64,000 bases of DNA from Clostridia bacterium. GTDB taxonomy: Bacteria > Bacillota > Clostridia > Oscillospirales > QAKW01. Positions 9,391-17,759 of this stretch are shown in pieces (the stretch's first letter is position 1; each line of letters opens with the position of its first letter). Both the position numbers and the translations under genes were made by a program. The notes beneath the pieces were generated by a model, which worked only from the letters and a program-made list of their open reading frames with translations, was not told the origin of the DNA and searched no databases. The stretch spans positions 17,253 through 81,252 of the forward strand of contig JAFSCX010000045.1 of assembly GCA_017436525.1 (NCBI GenBank). Reading direction: 5' to 3'.

Positions 9391-10275
9391 TTGAATAAAA
9401 AAGCTCTGGTTGTCATCAACCCTTATGCAGGGATGAAAAAATCCAAAAAGAATTTATTTGAAATTGTAGATCGCCTGAGCAAGGCGGGCTTTTCCATCAC
9501 CACCCAAACCACTACCGCCCCGAAAGACGGGACCCGCATGATTCGGGAGCTGGGAGCCGAGCAGGATCTTATTATTTGCTGCGGGGGCGACGGCACCCTC
9601 AACGAGGTTATCAACGGGGTTACCGAGGCAGGAATTTCTTGCCCCATCGGCTATGTGCCCGCAGGCACCACCAACGATTTTGCCCGCACCTTAAAGCTTC
9701 CCAAGCGGGCCGATCGCTGCATGGATTGGATTCTCAACGGCTACCCCCACGATTGCGATATCGGCTCCTTCAACGGCCGCAATTTTACCTATATTGCCTC
9801 TCTGGGCGCCTTTACCAAAGTCTCCTATTCCACACCCCAGAAGCTGAAAAACATATTAGGGCATACCGCCTATCTTCTGGAGGGAGTAAAAGAGGTAACC
9901 TCCCTCTCCCCTTTTCGCGCAGAAATTGCGGTAAACGGCCAGACCTATGAAGGAGATTTTCTCTTCGGCTCCATCTCCAATTCCACCTCCATCGGCGGGC
10001 TTTTCCGCTTAAACGGATTGGAAGTGCGGCTGGACGACGGAGAATTTGAGCTTTTCTTTATTCGCAACCCCAAAAGCCCCATCGATCTCAACCGCACCGT
10101 TCAGGCCATGGTCAAGGGCCGCTACGACCCCGCCTATATTATCTTCACCCACTGCCAAGAGGTCTCCATCCGCACCGAAAAGCCAATGCAATGGACCTTG
10201 GACGGTGAATCCGGCGGGCTGCAGACAGAGGTGCAGATCAAGGTGCAGCCCGATACCATCAAACTACTTTATTGA
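9391..10275 (+). CDS. diacylglycerol kinase family lipid kinase (DagK/YegS-like)
   Basis: GGDGTLNEV motif, VPAGTTNDFAR, and typical length of 294 aa. TTG start preceded by GGAGG. Confidence 0.8.
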   Translation: MNKKALVVINPYAGMKKSKKNLFEIVDRLSKAGFSITTQTTTAPKDGTRMIRELGAEQDLIICCGGDGTLNEVINGVTEAGISCPIGYVPAGTTNDFARTLKLPKRADRCMDWILNGYPHDCDIGSFNGRNFTYIASLGAFTKVSYSTPQKLKNILGHTAYLLEGVKEVTSLSPFRAEIAVNGQTYEGDFLFGSISNSTSIGGLFRLNGLEVRLDDGEFELFFIRNPKSPIDLNRTVQAMVKGRYDPAYIIFTHCQEVSIRTEKPMQWTLDGESGGLQTEVQIKVQPDTIKLLY

Positions 10276-10293
10276 TTTTTTCAAAAATAGTTT

Positions 10294-10326
10294 CCGCTGT
10301 CCTGTTTTTAGGACAGCGGTTTTCTT
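10294..10326 (+). terminator. rho-independent terminator after the lipid kinase gene
   Basis: Hairpin CCGCTGTCC-TGTTTTTA-GGACAGCGG followed by TTTTCTT. Confidence 0.7.
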
Positions 10327-10356
10327 ATAATGAACTCATCAAGAAAAGAAAAGGAG

Positions 10357-10521
10357 ATGAGTTCTGTGAATATTTTATGGTATCTTTTGGTTTGGGTGTT
10401 GTTTTTTGCCTGCGGGTTTGCCATCCATCAAGGCAAGGAAAATCGGCAGCTTCGCAAGGCTCTTGCAACCCCCTGCAAGGAAGAGCAAATTCCCCGCCGA
10501 TTCCGTTCAATTACCGTATAA
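10357..10521 (+). CDS. candidate small membrane protein (54 aa)
   Basis: AAAAGGAG RBS 4 nt before ATG 10357. Product is MSSVNILWYLLVWVLFFACGFAIHQGKENRQLRKALATPCKEEQIPRRFRSITV, with one hydrophobic helix and a basic tail. Its own hairpin terminator lies at 10526..10567. Confidence 0.45.
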   Translation: MSSVNILWYLLVWVLFFACGFAIHQGKENRQLRKALATPCKEEQIPRRFRSITV

Positions 10522-10525
10522 TCAG

Positions 10526-10567
10526 AAAGCCTGCTTTTATCAATGCATGATAATAGCAGGCTTTTTA
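10526..10567 (+). terminator. rho-independent terminator after the small ORF
   Basis: AAAGCCTGCT ... AGCAGGCTTT followed by a T-run. Confidence 0.55.
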
Positions 10568-10593
10568 TTGGTTGCCGCCGCAATCGGCATTTC

Positions 10594-11439
10594 TCATTTC
10601 TTCACCGTGCATTTTGCCATCACTGCAAAATGATCGGAGATGATCACACCATCGGGCTGATCCGTAAGCACCGAATAATAGGATGGCAAAATCTTCTCGG
10701 GAGTCAAAAAGACATAATCGATCACCGCACTTCCCGCTTCACCGGTGAAACCATTAAAGGTGCCGGTGGTTTCCCCAAAGGAATCTGCCAGAAGGAAGGA
10801 ATCCACCAAAAGATCCTCGGCGGTGGTGTTGATATAGCCGCCGCTGCCCACATCGCAATTAATATCCCCCGTAAGAAAGACCGCCTTGCCCATCAGATTC
10901 TCCTTGATATAGCGATAAATCTGCGCGCCGGCATTTTCTTGGCTTTTGAAGGTTAGGCCGTAATGGGTATTGAGATGGGTGAAGTTTACCCCTGTCTTTT
11001 TATCCTTGAAATCGCAGCGGGTTACAATGCGGGCGAATTCATCATCCCAGGATTTTGATTCCTCATGGGGCGTATCGGAAAGCCAAAAATACTCTTCATA
11101 AAGCAGCTCCAGCCGATCGGCATTATAAATAATACCCGTGGCCTCTTGAGAAGCGCTGCTGCGGTATTGCATCGCAATCTCATAGGAGCTCTCTTCATAA
11201 AAGGGCTCCATCATCAAATGCCAGCCGGGGGTATATTCCTGCACTCCCATTACATCCGGCTGATATTTTTCAATTAAGGCAATCAGCCCCTCCGAGCGGT
11301 AAAGCACATCCGGATCGGAAGAGTCGCCGCTTTGCCGCACATTCTGGGTAATGATGGTGATCTCTGCCTCTTTTTTTGCACAGCTGCAGCTGCAAAGCAG
11401 CAAAACAGCTGCCGACAACAATATAAAATATTTCTTCAT
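10594..11439 (-). CDS. endonuclease/exonuclease/phosphatase (EEP) family lipoprotein
   Basis: Lipobox signal MKKYFILLSAAVLLLCSC. EEP motifs are TQNV, GVQEY, FWLSDTP, NTH, GDINCD, IDYVF and SDHFAV. Confidence 0.8.
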   Translation of the reverse strand: MKKYFILLSAAVLLLCSCSCAKKEAEITIITQNVRQSGDSSDPDVLYRSEGLIALIEKYQPDVMGVQEYTPGWHLMMEPFYEESSYEIAMQYRSSASQEATGIIYNADRLELLYEEYFWLSDTPHEESKSWDDEFARIVTRCDFKDKKTGVNFTHLNTHYGLTFKSQENAGAQIYRYIKENLMGKAVFLTGDINCDVGSGGYINTTAEDLLVDSFLLADSFGETTGTFNGFTGEAGSAVIDYVFLTPEKILPSYYSVLTDQPDGVIISDHFAVMAKCTVKK

Positions 11440-11453
11440 AGTTCCTCTCTAAA

Positions 11454-11483
11454 ATAGCGGTGCGGGATCTCCCGCACCGCTAT
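11454..11483 (-). terminator. hairpin terminator between the two EEP lipoprotein genes
   Basis: ATAGCGGTGCGGGA-TC-TCCCGCACCGCTAT perfect 14-bp stem. The U-tract on the minus strand is weak. Confidence 0.5.
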
Positions 11484-11497
11484 TAAAAGTATATTAT

Positions 11498-12760
11498 TTA
11501 AGAAGGGATTACCACCTTGGCATGAATACCAAAGTGATCGGAAACATAATCATCTTCCACATTATAAGCCGAGCCGAATTTCTTCTGCAATACTTCATAA
11601 TGCAAAGGATAGAGGCCGGTGGAATCATAAGAGATCATGACAAAATCGATGATACCTTTTTGATTAATGTATTCGCCATTCTCATCAAAAGCATCAGCAG
11701 GTGTTTTATAACCGCTGCTGGTGGAGTGCTCATCATAGCCGAGATTGAGCTCAAAGTTCAGATCGCCGACCAAGCCCTCTGTCACCAAGGCGTTATACTC
11801 AGGGCTTGAAATATTCATATTATAGTCGCCGACAACAATGATCGGAAGCTTGCGGTTGTTGCTGATTCTCTCCAATTCACTATTCATGACAGCGGCGCTC
11901 TTTTCTCTGGCCTTATTATCCAAAGAATAGTGCACGCTTGCAAAGACAAACTGCTTACCGGTCTCATTATTCTTCAGCTTCACCCAGTTGCAGATACGAT
12001 GCTGATCGGTCTGCCCTGCAAAAATACTTACCGAATTGGGGGTATCGCCCAGCCAGAAATGCCCTGCATCCAGCTTGGTGAAGCGATCCTTCTTCCAGAA
12101 AACAGGCTCGCACTCATCGCCTGCACCACCGCCGGTCTCGGTTCCGCTCTCACGGAAGCAATGATAGTAATCATACTGATCCTTATAATCCTCTTTCAGG
12201 AACTCAAGCCACTTGGGAGTAACCTCCTGGAAGCCCATGACATCGGGATCAAGAGAATCCACCTGATGCTTCAGCCGCAAGTGGCGGTTCTCCAAGGTGG
12301 TGCCGGGATGGGTGCCGGCATCGCTGATGCAGCGAACGTTCTGATCCAGAATGGTGATGATATCGGCATCGGTATACTTTGGAATCCCGCTATCCTCGTC
12401 CCAAATATCTTCATCTTCATCATTATCGTCGGGAATATCTTGATCATTCCCATTATCAATATTCTCGTTGTCATCCGGATCTTCGCTGTTATCATTGGAA
12501 TTGCTGCCGTTAATATCATTATCATTGCCGGTACCACCTTCATTGGTTACATAGATGGTATCGCCGGGGATGGTAACAATATCGATAATAGGATCGCCGG
12601 TATAAGGCACATTCTGCACCTCATCCTTTCCCTCTACCGATACAGCCCCGTAAGATCCGGCAAGATCCTCATAGGTGCGGCCGCCGGCGCAGGATGCAAG
12701 CATTGTAACGCTCATCATCATGACCACCAGCAACGCAATCCATTTATTGCTCTTCTTCAT
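11498..12760 (-). CDS. EEP family lipoprotein with an Asp/Asn-rich low-complexity linker
   Basis: ORF 11498..12877, trimmed to MKKSNKWIALLVVMMMSVTMLASCAGG (lipobox). Linker is GNDNDINGSNSNDNSEDPDDNENIDNGNDQDIPDDNDEDEDIWDEDSG. EEP motifs are LDQNV, GFQEV, FWLGDTP, SVH, GDYN, IDFVM and SDHFGI. Confidence 0.8.
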   Translation of the reverse strand: MKKSNKWIALLVVMMMSVTMLASCAGGRTYEDLAGSYGAVSVEGKDEVQNVPYTGDPIIDIVTIPGDTIYVTNEGGTGNDNDINGSNSNDNSEDPDDNENIDNGNDQDIPDDNDEDEDIWDEDSGIPKYTDADIITILDQNVRCISDAGTHPGTTLENRHLRLKHQVDSLDPDVMGFQEVTPKWLEFLKEDYKDQYDYYHCFRESGTETGGGAGDECEPVFWKKDRFTKLDAGHFWLGDTPNSVSIFAGQTDQHRICNWVKLKNNETGKQFVFASVHYSLDNKAREKSAAVMNSELERISNNRKLPIIVVGDYNMNISSPEYNALVTEGLVGDLNFELNLGYDEHSTSSGYKTPADAFDENGEYINQKGIIDFVMISYDSTGLYPLHYEVLQKKFGSAYNVEDDYVSDHFGIHAKVVIPS

Positions 12761-12968
12761 AATCTGCCTCCTTCCCCCTTGATAGGGGAAATTCCTTCTT
12801 GAGATAGTTTTAGATAATAGTATTATAGCATGCTTCTGTCTACGATTGGATAACGTCATGTTGTTTTTATTTAACACAATGTTGCTAAAACCTCGTTTTT
12901 ATACTTTTTTAATGCAATCCTTTTTTATTTCGTGTATAATAAAGAAAACGACGAATTCGGAGGAAACA

Positions 12969-14462
12969 ATGAACAAACGAGAAAGCGGCGTCTTGCTGCA
13001 TCTTTCATCCTTACACGGCCCCTACGGCACCGGCTGCTTTGGAAAAGAAGCCCGCGCTTTTATTGATTTTCTGCATCAGGCAGGCTTTAAGGTCTGGCAG
13101 GTGCTTCCTTTCTCTCTCCCCGATGAGGGCGGCTCTCCCTATAAAAGCGTAAGTGCCTTTGCGGGCAACCCTTATTTCATTGATCCGGAGCAGCTTTTCG
13201 AGCAGCAGCTCATTACGGAGGAAGAGCTGAAAAGCTGCCGCGGGACCCAGCCTTATACCGTCGATTTCCCTTGGCTGCACGCCCAGCGAACGGCCCTTTT
13301 CCATCGCGCCTATTTAAGGTGCTCCCAAGAGCTGCTGGCTCAGGTCGATCAATTTGCTTCGGAGCAGCCTTGGGCGGAGGATTTCGCCCTTTATACCGCA
13401 TTGCAGCAAAAGAGCGGCAAGGATTGGTACGATTGGGAGCCGGCGCTGAAAAACCGAGAGCCGGAGGCCCTTGCAAAAGCAAAAAGTGAATTGCGCGCAG
13501 AAATGCAAGAGATTCTCTTCATTCAATATCTCTTTTTCAGCCAATGGGCTGCTCTTAGGGCCTATGCCAATGAGCGGGGCATCCAAATCATCGGCGATAT
13601 GCCCATCTATGTATCCTTGGAAAGCGCCGATGTATGGAGCAATCGGCGTCTTTTTCAGCTGGATGATGAGGGGCAGCCTCGCAGCGTAGCAGGAGTGCCG
13701 CCCGATTTCTTCAGCGAGGACGGCCAGAGATGGGGGAATCCGCTCTATGATTGGGATAAAATGGAGCAGGAGGATTTTCTTTGGTGGCGCAGGCGTATCC
13801 GCTCTGCCCTCACCCTCTATGATCGGGTAAGAATCGACCATTTTCGCGGTCTTTCCGCTTATTGGGCAGTCCCCGCTAAAGCCGAGACTGCCAAAGAAGG
13901 GCATTGGATTCAAGGCCCCGGTATGAAACTGCTGGAGCGGCTTTTCAAGGAATTTTCACCCGATGCTCTGATCGCCGAGGATTTAGGGGTCCGCGATAAG
14001 GAGCTGGAAACCCTGCTCAAGGAAAGCGGCTTGCCGGGGATGCGGGTCTTTCAGTTTGCTTTTCCCTCCCAAGACGGCGGCCTGCATTTGCCCCATAATT
14101 ACCCCGAAAACACCCTTTGCTATACCGGCACCCACGATAATAATACCCTCCTTGCCTACCTTTGGGAGCTGCCCCCTGAGCAGCGAAGAGAAGCCTTGGA
14201 ATATTGCGGTTTTTTGGGAGAAGATTGGCAGAGCGGCGGAGCGGAAAATGCCGCTATTCGCGCTATTTTACGCTGCCTTTGGTGCTCGGCCGCACGAACG
14301 GTCGTTGTACCGGTGCAGGATCTTCTCGGCTATGGGGGCGATACCAAAATGAACCGGCCGGGCGTGGCGGAGGGCAACTGGCAATTCCGCCTTACCTCCA
14401 TCGGTTTTTCTCAATTAAATCCCGCCACCTATCGAAAATTAAACCGTATATACGAGCGATAA
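12969..14462 (+). CDS. malQ: 4-alpha-glucanotransferase (amylomaltase, GH77)
   Basis: MNKRESGVLLHLSSLHGPYGTGCFGKEARAFIDFL..., IGDMPIYV, RIDHFRG, IAEDLG and GTHDN motifs. Start trimmed to ATG 12969 with a GGAGG RBS. Confidence 0.9.
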   Translation: MNKRESGVLLHLSSLHGPYGTGCFGKEARAFIDFLHQAGFKVWQVLPFSLPDEGGSPYKSVSAFAGNPYFIDPEQLFEQQLITEEELKSCRGTQPYTVDFPWLHAQRTALFHRAYLRCSQELLAQVDQFASEQPWAEDFALYTALQQKSGKDWYDWEPALKNREPEALAKAKSELRAEMQEILFIQYLFFSQWAALRAYANERGIQIIGDMPIYVSLESADVWSNRRLFQLDDEGQPRSVAGVPPDFFSEDGQRWGNPLYDWDKMEQEDFLWWRRRIRSALTLYDRVRIDHFRGLSAYWAVPAKAETAKEGHWIQGPGMKLLERLFKEFSPDALIAEDLGVRDKELETLLKESGLPGMRVFQFAFPSQDGGLHLPHNYPENTLCYTGTHDNNTLLAYLWELPPEQRREALEYCGFLGEDWQSGGAENAAIRAILRCLWCSAARTVVVPVQDLLGYGGDTKMNRPGVAEGNWQFRLTSIGFSQLNPATYRKLNRIYER

Positions 14463-14468
14463 ATAAGA

Positions 14469-14498
14469 AGAGCTGTGAAAAAACTCACAGCTCTTTTT
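14469..14498 (+). terminator. rho-independent terminator after malQ (hairpin usable from both strands)
   Basis: AGAGCTGTGA-AAAAAAC-TCACAGCTCT followed by TTTT. On the minus strand it is followed by CTTATTTAT. Confidence 0.7.
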
Positions 14499-14514
14499 GT
14501 GTCTTATTTAATTG

Positions 14515-14670
14515 AATACTGTATTTTGAGATGGCAAAGGATTTGTTACAGATTTGCACCTGCTTTTTGCTCTTCGCCTGACGACGCCTCCACGCCGAAG
14601 GAACTTCCGCCGAATCTTTCGATGATTCCTTTCCTCGTCGCCTGCGGTCGATTTTGCAGGTCGGGCGCTT
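14515..14670 (-). ncRNA. glmS-type (glucosamine-6-phosphate) self-cleaving ribozyme-like element, not followed by glmS
   Basis: Minus strand reads AAGCGCCCGA CCTGC-AAAATCGACC-GCAGG CGACGAGG AAAGGAA TC ATCGAAAGATTCGGCGGAAG TTCCTT CGGCG... This matches the remembered glmS core blocks: A^GCGCCAGA, P1 hairpin, GACGAGG, P2.1 strand, AUCGAA..UUCGGCGGAUG, and the complementary P2.1 strand. Predicted cleavage lies between A14669 and G14668. I did not assign the 3' P3/P4 part, so the 3' boundary is approximate. Confidence 0.6.
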
Positions 14671-14703
14671 GACTTTATCCTTTCTTTTCCTCCATTGCCC
14701 AAA

Positions 14704-14732
14704 AGTATAACATTTTAACCCGATTTTGTCAA
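14704..14732 (-). promoter_or_regulatory. near-consensus sigma-A promoter driving the ribozyme-like RNA
   Basis: TTGACA (14732..14727), 17-nt spacer, TATACT (14709..14704). The predicted start is about 30 nt upstream of the ribozyme cleavage site. Confidence 0.65.
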
Positions 14733-14758
14733 TACCGCTTCTGAAAAACTTTATAAGA

Positions 14759-14795
14759 AAGAAGCCTTGGGTGCAGAAAAAGCGCCCAAGGCTTC
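14759..14795 (-). terminator. terminator after the thyX-to-CPBP operon
   Basis: Imperfect hairpin GAAGCCTTGGGTGC-AGAAAAA-GCGCCCAAGGCTTC directly after the stop at 14802. Confidence 0.6.
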
Positions 14796-14801
14796 TTCAA
14801 A

Positions 14802-15689
14802 TTAAAAAAATCCGTTGTAAACCATTTTACCGATGCAAAGAGCGGCAAAAGCCCAAATCCAAGGGCTCATCAAAGGATCTCCATAGGCCAAAGAGCGGGT
14901 AGATCGCTTGGCGATCTTGCCCTTGCCCAAGCGTTGCTCCACAACCGTCTCCAGCATTTTCAAGGTGAAAATCAAAATCAAAAAGCAGACCACAACCGTG
15001 ATAATCATGAAAAGGCGGTCCTGCAAAATATAGCGCACATAATCCTGATTTTTGGCAATATACAGCGCCACACCATTATTGATGGCATGGGCAAGCACCG
15101 CCGGCCATACACTCTTGAAAATCAAGGTCAATACGCCGTAGCAGACTCCCGCCACGAATAAAGAGGGAATATGCATGGGATTGGTATGGAAGAGGGCAAA
15201 GATCATCGCTGTCAGCAACACCCCTACTGTCGGCCCGTATTTTTCATACTCCCCTTGAGTCAGCCCCCGCAGCAAAAGCTCCTCCGATAGGGCAGGGAGC
15301 AGCACCGAGGTGAAGAAAAGAGCCGCCGCACTTTTTCCGCTCAAATCCACAATGGAATTTTCAAAAGATACATGAAAGACCGCCTTAAAAAGCGCATTGG
15401 TCCCCAAATTAATCAAGCTGCAGATCAAGCAGACGGAAAGGCCGAAAAGCAGGATAAACAGCCAATATTTCGGATGAACCATCTTTAATCGCAGGGCATG
15501 GCGCAGCTTATAGCGATGGGTTTTGGAATAGATCACCATCGGCAAAATATAGATCAATATGTAGATCAGCACCGTAAGCCCTGCGCCCATCTTCGGCAGC
15601 CATTGGCTTACAATGCTGAGCCCCAAAAGCATACCAAGGATCACCACCAGCAGGGCGGAAATTTCCTTGGAAACATCTCTTCTGCTCAT
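14802..15689 (-). CDS. CPBP family intramembrane glutamic endopeptidase (CAAX protease/Abi family)
   Basis: Polytopic membrane protein with EELLLRG, FALFH and HAINN motifs. Confidence 0.8.
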   Translation of the reverse strand: MSRRDVSKEISALLVVILGMLLGLSIVSQWLPKMGAGLTVLIYILIYILPMVIYSKTHRYKLRHALRLKMVHPKYWLFILLFGLSVCLICSLINLGTNALFKAVFHVSFENSIVDLSGKSAAALFFTSVLLPALSEELLLRGLTQGEYEKYGPTVGVLLTAMIFALFHTNPMHIPSLFVAGVCYGVLTLIFKSVWPAVLAHAINNGVALYIAKNQDYVRYILQDRLFMIITVVVCFLILIFTLKMLETVVEQRLGKGKIAKRSTRSLAYGDPLMSPWIWAFAALCIGKMVYNGFF

Positions 15690-16234
15690 AGCATTACAAT
15701 CCCCCGCCGCAGCTCCTCTGCCTTCTCGCGGCCCGCAAGGCGCGCCACCAAGGCAAGGGAAAATTCAAGGGCAGTCCCTGCCCCGCGGGAGGTGATAAAG
15801 GGGCCATCCTCCACGACAGCGTCCATGGAATGAGCGCAGCCCAAAAGCGGCTCCATACCGGGATAGCAGGTCGCCACTCTTCCTTCCAGCAGCCCCAACC
15901 CGCCAAGGACAGAAGGTGCGCCGCAAATGGCCGCAATATCCAGCCCTTCGGCGACCGCTTTTTTCAAAAGGGCTGCCACCCGCTCATCCTTGCCTAAATT
16001 TTCATAGCCGGGATAGCCGCCGGGCAGAATCACCATCTTCATTTTTTCTTCTTCTAATTCTTCAAAAAGAAGATCGGCCACCACCGAAACACCTCGGGCG
16101 CCGGTTACGACGCGCTCTTTTTCTATGGAGACGGTAACCGTCTCTATCCCTGCGCGGCGCAGAAGATCCACAGGCGCCAGCGCCTCCACCTCTTCAAAGC
16201 CTTCCGCCAAAAGGGTATATACAATGGTTCTCAT
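15686..16234 (-). CDS. DJ-1/PfpI family protein
   Basis: 182 aa. VILPGG and AAICGAPSVLG (nucleophile-elbow Cys) motifs. 4-nt overlaps with both neighbours. Confidence 0.8.
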   Translation of the reverse strand: MRTIVYTLLAEGFEEVEALAPVDLLRRAGIETVTVSIEKERVVTGARGVSVVADLLFEELEEEKMKMVILPGGYPGYENLGKDERVAALLKKAVAEGLDIAAICGAPSVLGGLGLLEGRVATCYPGMEPLLGCAHSMDAVVEDGPFITSRGAGTALEFSLALVARLAGREKAEELRRGIVML

Positions 16235-17094
16235 TTCATTACCTCCGCGGTATATTTCATCAATAACTCCATAGGGCGATAGCTAAGCTTTGCCTTCCGC
16301 AAGCCTTCATCCCCCGTATCGTCCTCCCGATTGATCCATCGAATTGCGGGATCCAGCCGCTTTACCAGCTCTCGATTGACCATTGGATAAGCGCCCCGAA
16401 GATCTGCATTGGCCTTTTCCACATGGACGCAAAAGCCCTCTTTTCCCATCGGCTCGCCATAAGAAAAAGCGCAGGGAGCGCCATCGGCATAAAGGATGAT
16501 TCCGAAAAATCCAAGCTCCTTAAAATGGCGAAGCCCTCTCCGCACAGCGCACCCTTCCCGCATCAAAGAAGACTCTGCGCCGCAATCGTTTTCGGCGCAC
16601 CACCAATCATTGAAGCGGGCGGCATCCTCCAAGGTCCCATCATCCAGGAGCTTGACCTCCCAGCGGCAGTTATTTTCAAAGAAATTAATATGATTGCGCT
16701 TGGCGGCAAGCTTTTTCCCCTTTAGGGTTTCCAGCGCTTTTCGATCGTAAATATAATCGGCGCCCGCTCTTCGCTCCTTGAAGGAAAAGCGCCCCTCAAA
16801 CTGCTCTTCCAGCCATTTTTTATAAGGCTCATCAATACCGATCAGCCGCTCCGCTCCCTCTGCCAAAAGCCCTTCGATCAACTCTTTTCGCTGAGGGCCT
16901 TGGGGCGCGGCGATCATGCCGTGCCATTTTGATACAAAGGTATTTTTATAGATTGCAAGCTGCGCATCGGCAACTTTTGCCCAGCAAAAGATATTGCCGA
17001 AGGTCTGATCACACATCCTGACCCCTTGCTCCGCTACAATGCGATCTACCGCCTCTTTTTGAGAGAGGCTCGGCTGCTCAAAATTCAAGATCAT
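16231..17094 (-). CDS. DUF2156 (MprF C-terminal/LPG_synthase_C-like) domain protein
   Basis: MILNFEQPSLSQKEAVDRIVAEQGVRMCDQTFGNIFCWAK... is the typical opening of stand-alone DUF2156 proteins as I recall them. 287 aa. Confidence 0.55.
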   Translation of the reverse strand: MILNFEQPSLSQKEAVDRIVAEQGVRMCDQTFGNIFCWAKVADAQLAIYKNTFVSKWHGMIAAPQGPQRKELIEGLLAEGAERLIGIDEPYKKWLEEQFEGRFSFKERRAGADYIYDRKALETLKGKKLAAKRNHINFFENNCRWEVKLLDDGTLEDAARFNDWWCAENDCGAESSLMREGCAVRRGLRHFKELGFFGIILYADGAPCAFSYGEPMGKEGFCVHVEKANADLRGAYPMVNRELVKRLDPAIRWINREDDTGDEGLRKAKLSYRPMELLMKYTAEVMK

Positions 17095-17758
17095 GGTATA
17101 CCTCTCTGATCTGCTTCAAAATGATCTCAAAATTCTCCTCTTTGCTTCTGGGGACCTGCTGCTCATCATACATCGGCACCATCCGCCAGCCCAACTTTTC
17201 TGCCACATAAAGGGCGCAGCGCCGGCTTTGCTTGAGATAATCCACATCCAGCTCATGAATATCCTTTTTGGAAAGATCTCCCCGATACCGCCGCTCGATC
17301 AGCCGCTGAGAAATCTCCGGCAGCATATCCAGATAGATCACTCCGTCGGGGCGGGGCAGCTCCAGCTTATGATATTCAAAATCCGAAAGCCACTCGATAA
17401 AGGAATCCCATTCCTCTTGGGGCAGCTTGCTCATTTGATGGACAATATTGGAGGTGGTATAGCGATCCGCCACCAAAATCACGCCCTCATCATAGGGCTT
17501 TTGATATTTGGTGCGAAAGCCTGCGAACCGATCGGCGGCAAAAAACATGGAGGCCGCATAGGCATTTACATCCGAAGCATGCGCACCGAAGTCTCCCTTC
17601 AAATACATCTGCAAAAGAGCGCTGGAGGGGGATTCATAATCGGGAAAGGAGATGCGCATGGCGGGAATACCGTGGTCGTTGAGCCACTCCGTTACCCGCT
17701 TGGAATGGGTCCCCTTCCCGCTTCCGTCCAATCCGTCTATTACAATCAATCTACCCAT
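17078..17758 (-). CDS. tmk: thymidylate kinase family protein
   Basis: MGRLIVIDGLDGSGKGT P-loop and VADRYTTSN (DRY) motif. It lies directly after thyX. ATG 17758 is preferred over GTG 17767 because AGGTGA sits 5 nt upstream. Confidence 0.65.
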   Translation of the reverse strand: MGRLIVIDGLDGSGKGTHSKRVTEWLNDHGIPAMRISFPDYESPSSALLQMYLKGDFGAHASDVNAYAASMFFAADRFAGFRTKYQKPYDEGVILVADRYTTSNIVHQMSKLPQEEWDSFIEWLSDFEYHKLELPRPDGVIYLDMLPEISQRLIERRYRGDLSKKDIHELDVDYLKQSRRCALYVAEKLGWRMVPMYDEQQVPRSKEENFEIILKQIREVYHDLEF

Positions 17759-17759
17759 A

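Noticed and set aside
12761-12968. N-terminal extensions suggested by the ORF track. Examples are malQ from 12846, EEP from 12877, galM from 8303, the YgjV-like gene from 26741, glgD from 33721, the YlmC-like gene from 48462, mntP from 49475 and addB from 61745.
   Set aside because: In each case an internal start with a good RBS coincides with the conserved N-terminus or signal peptide of the family. The upstream extension has junk composition or overlaps promoters and terminators.
14508-14702. A 64-aa minus-strand ORF (MGNGGKERIKSSARPAKS...) covering the ribozyme-like region.
   Set aside because: It starts with TTG at about the predicted transcription start, with no RBS. The Arg/Lys-rich product is typical of translating purine-rich structured RNA. 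The region is better explained as an ncRNA.
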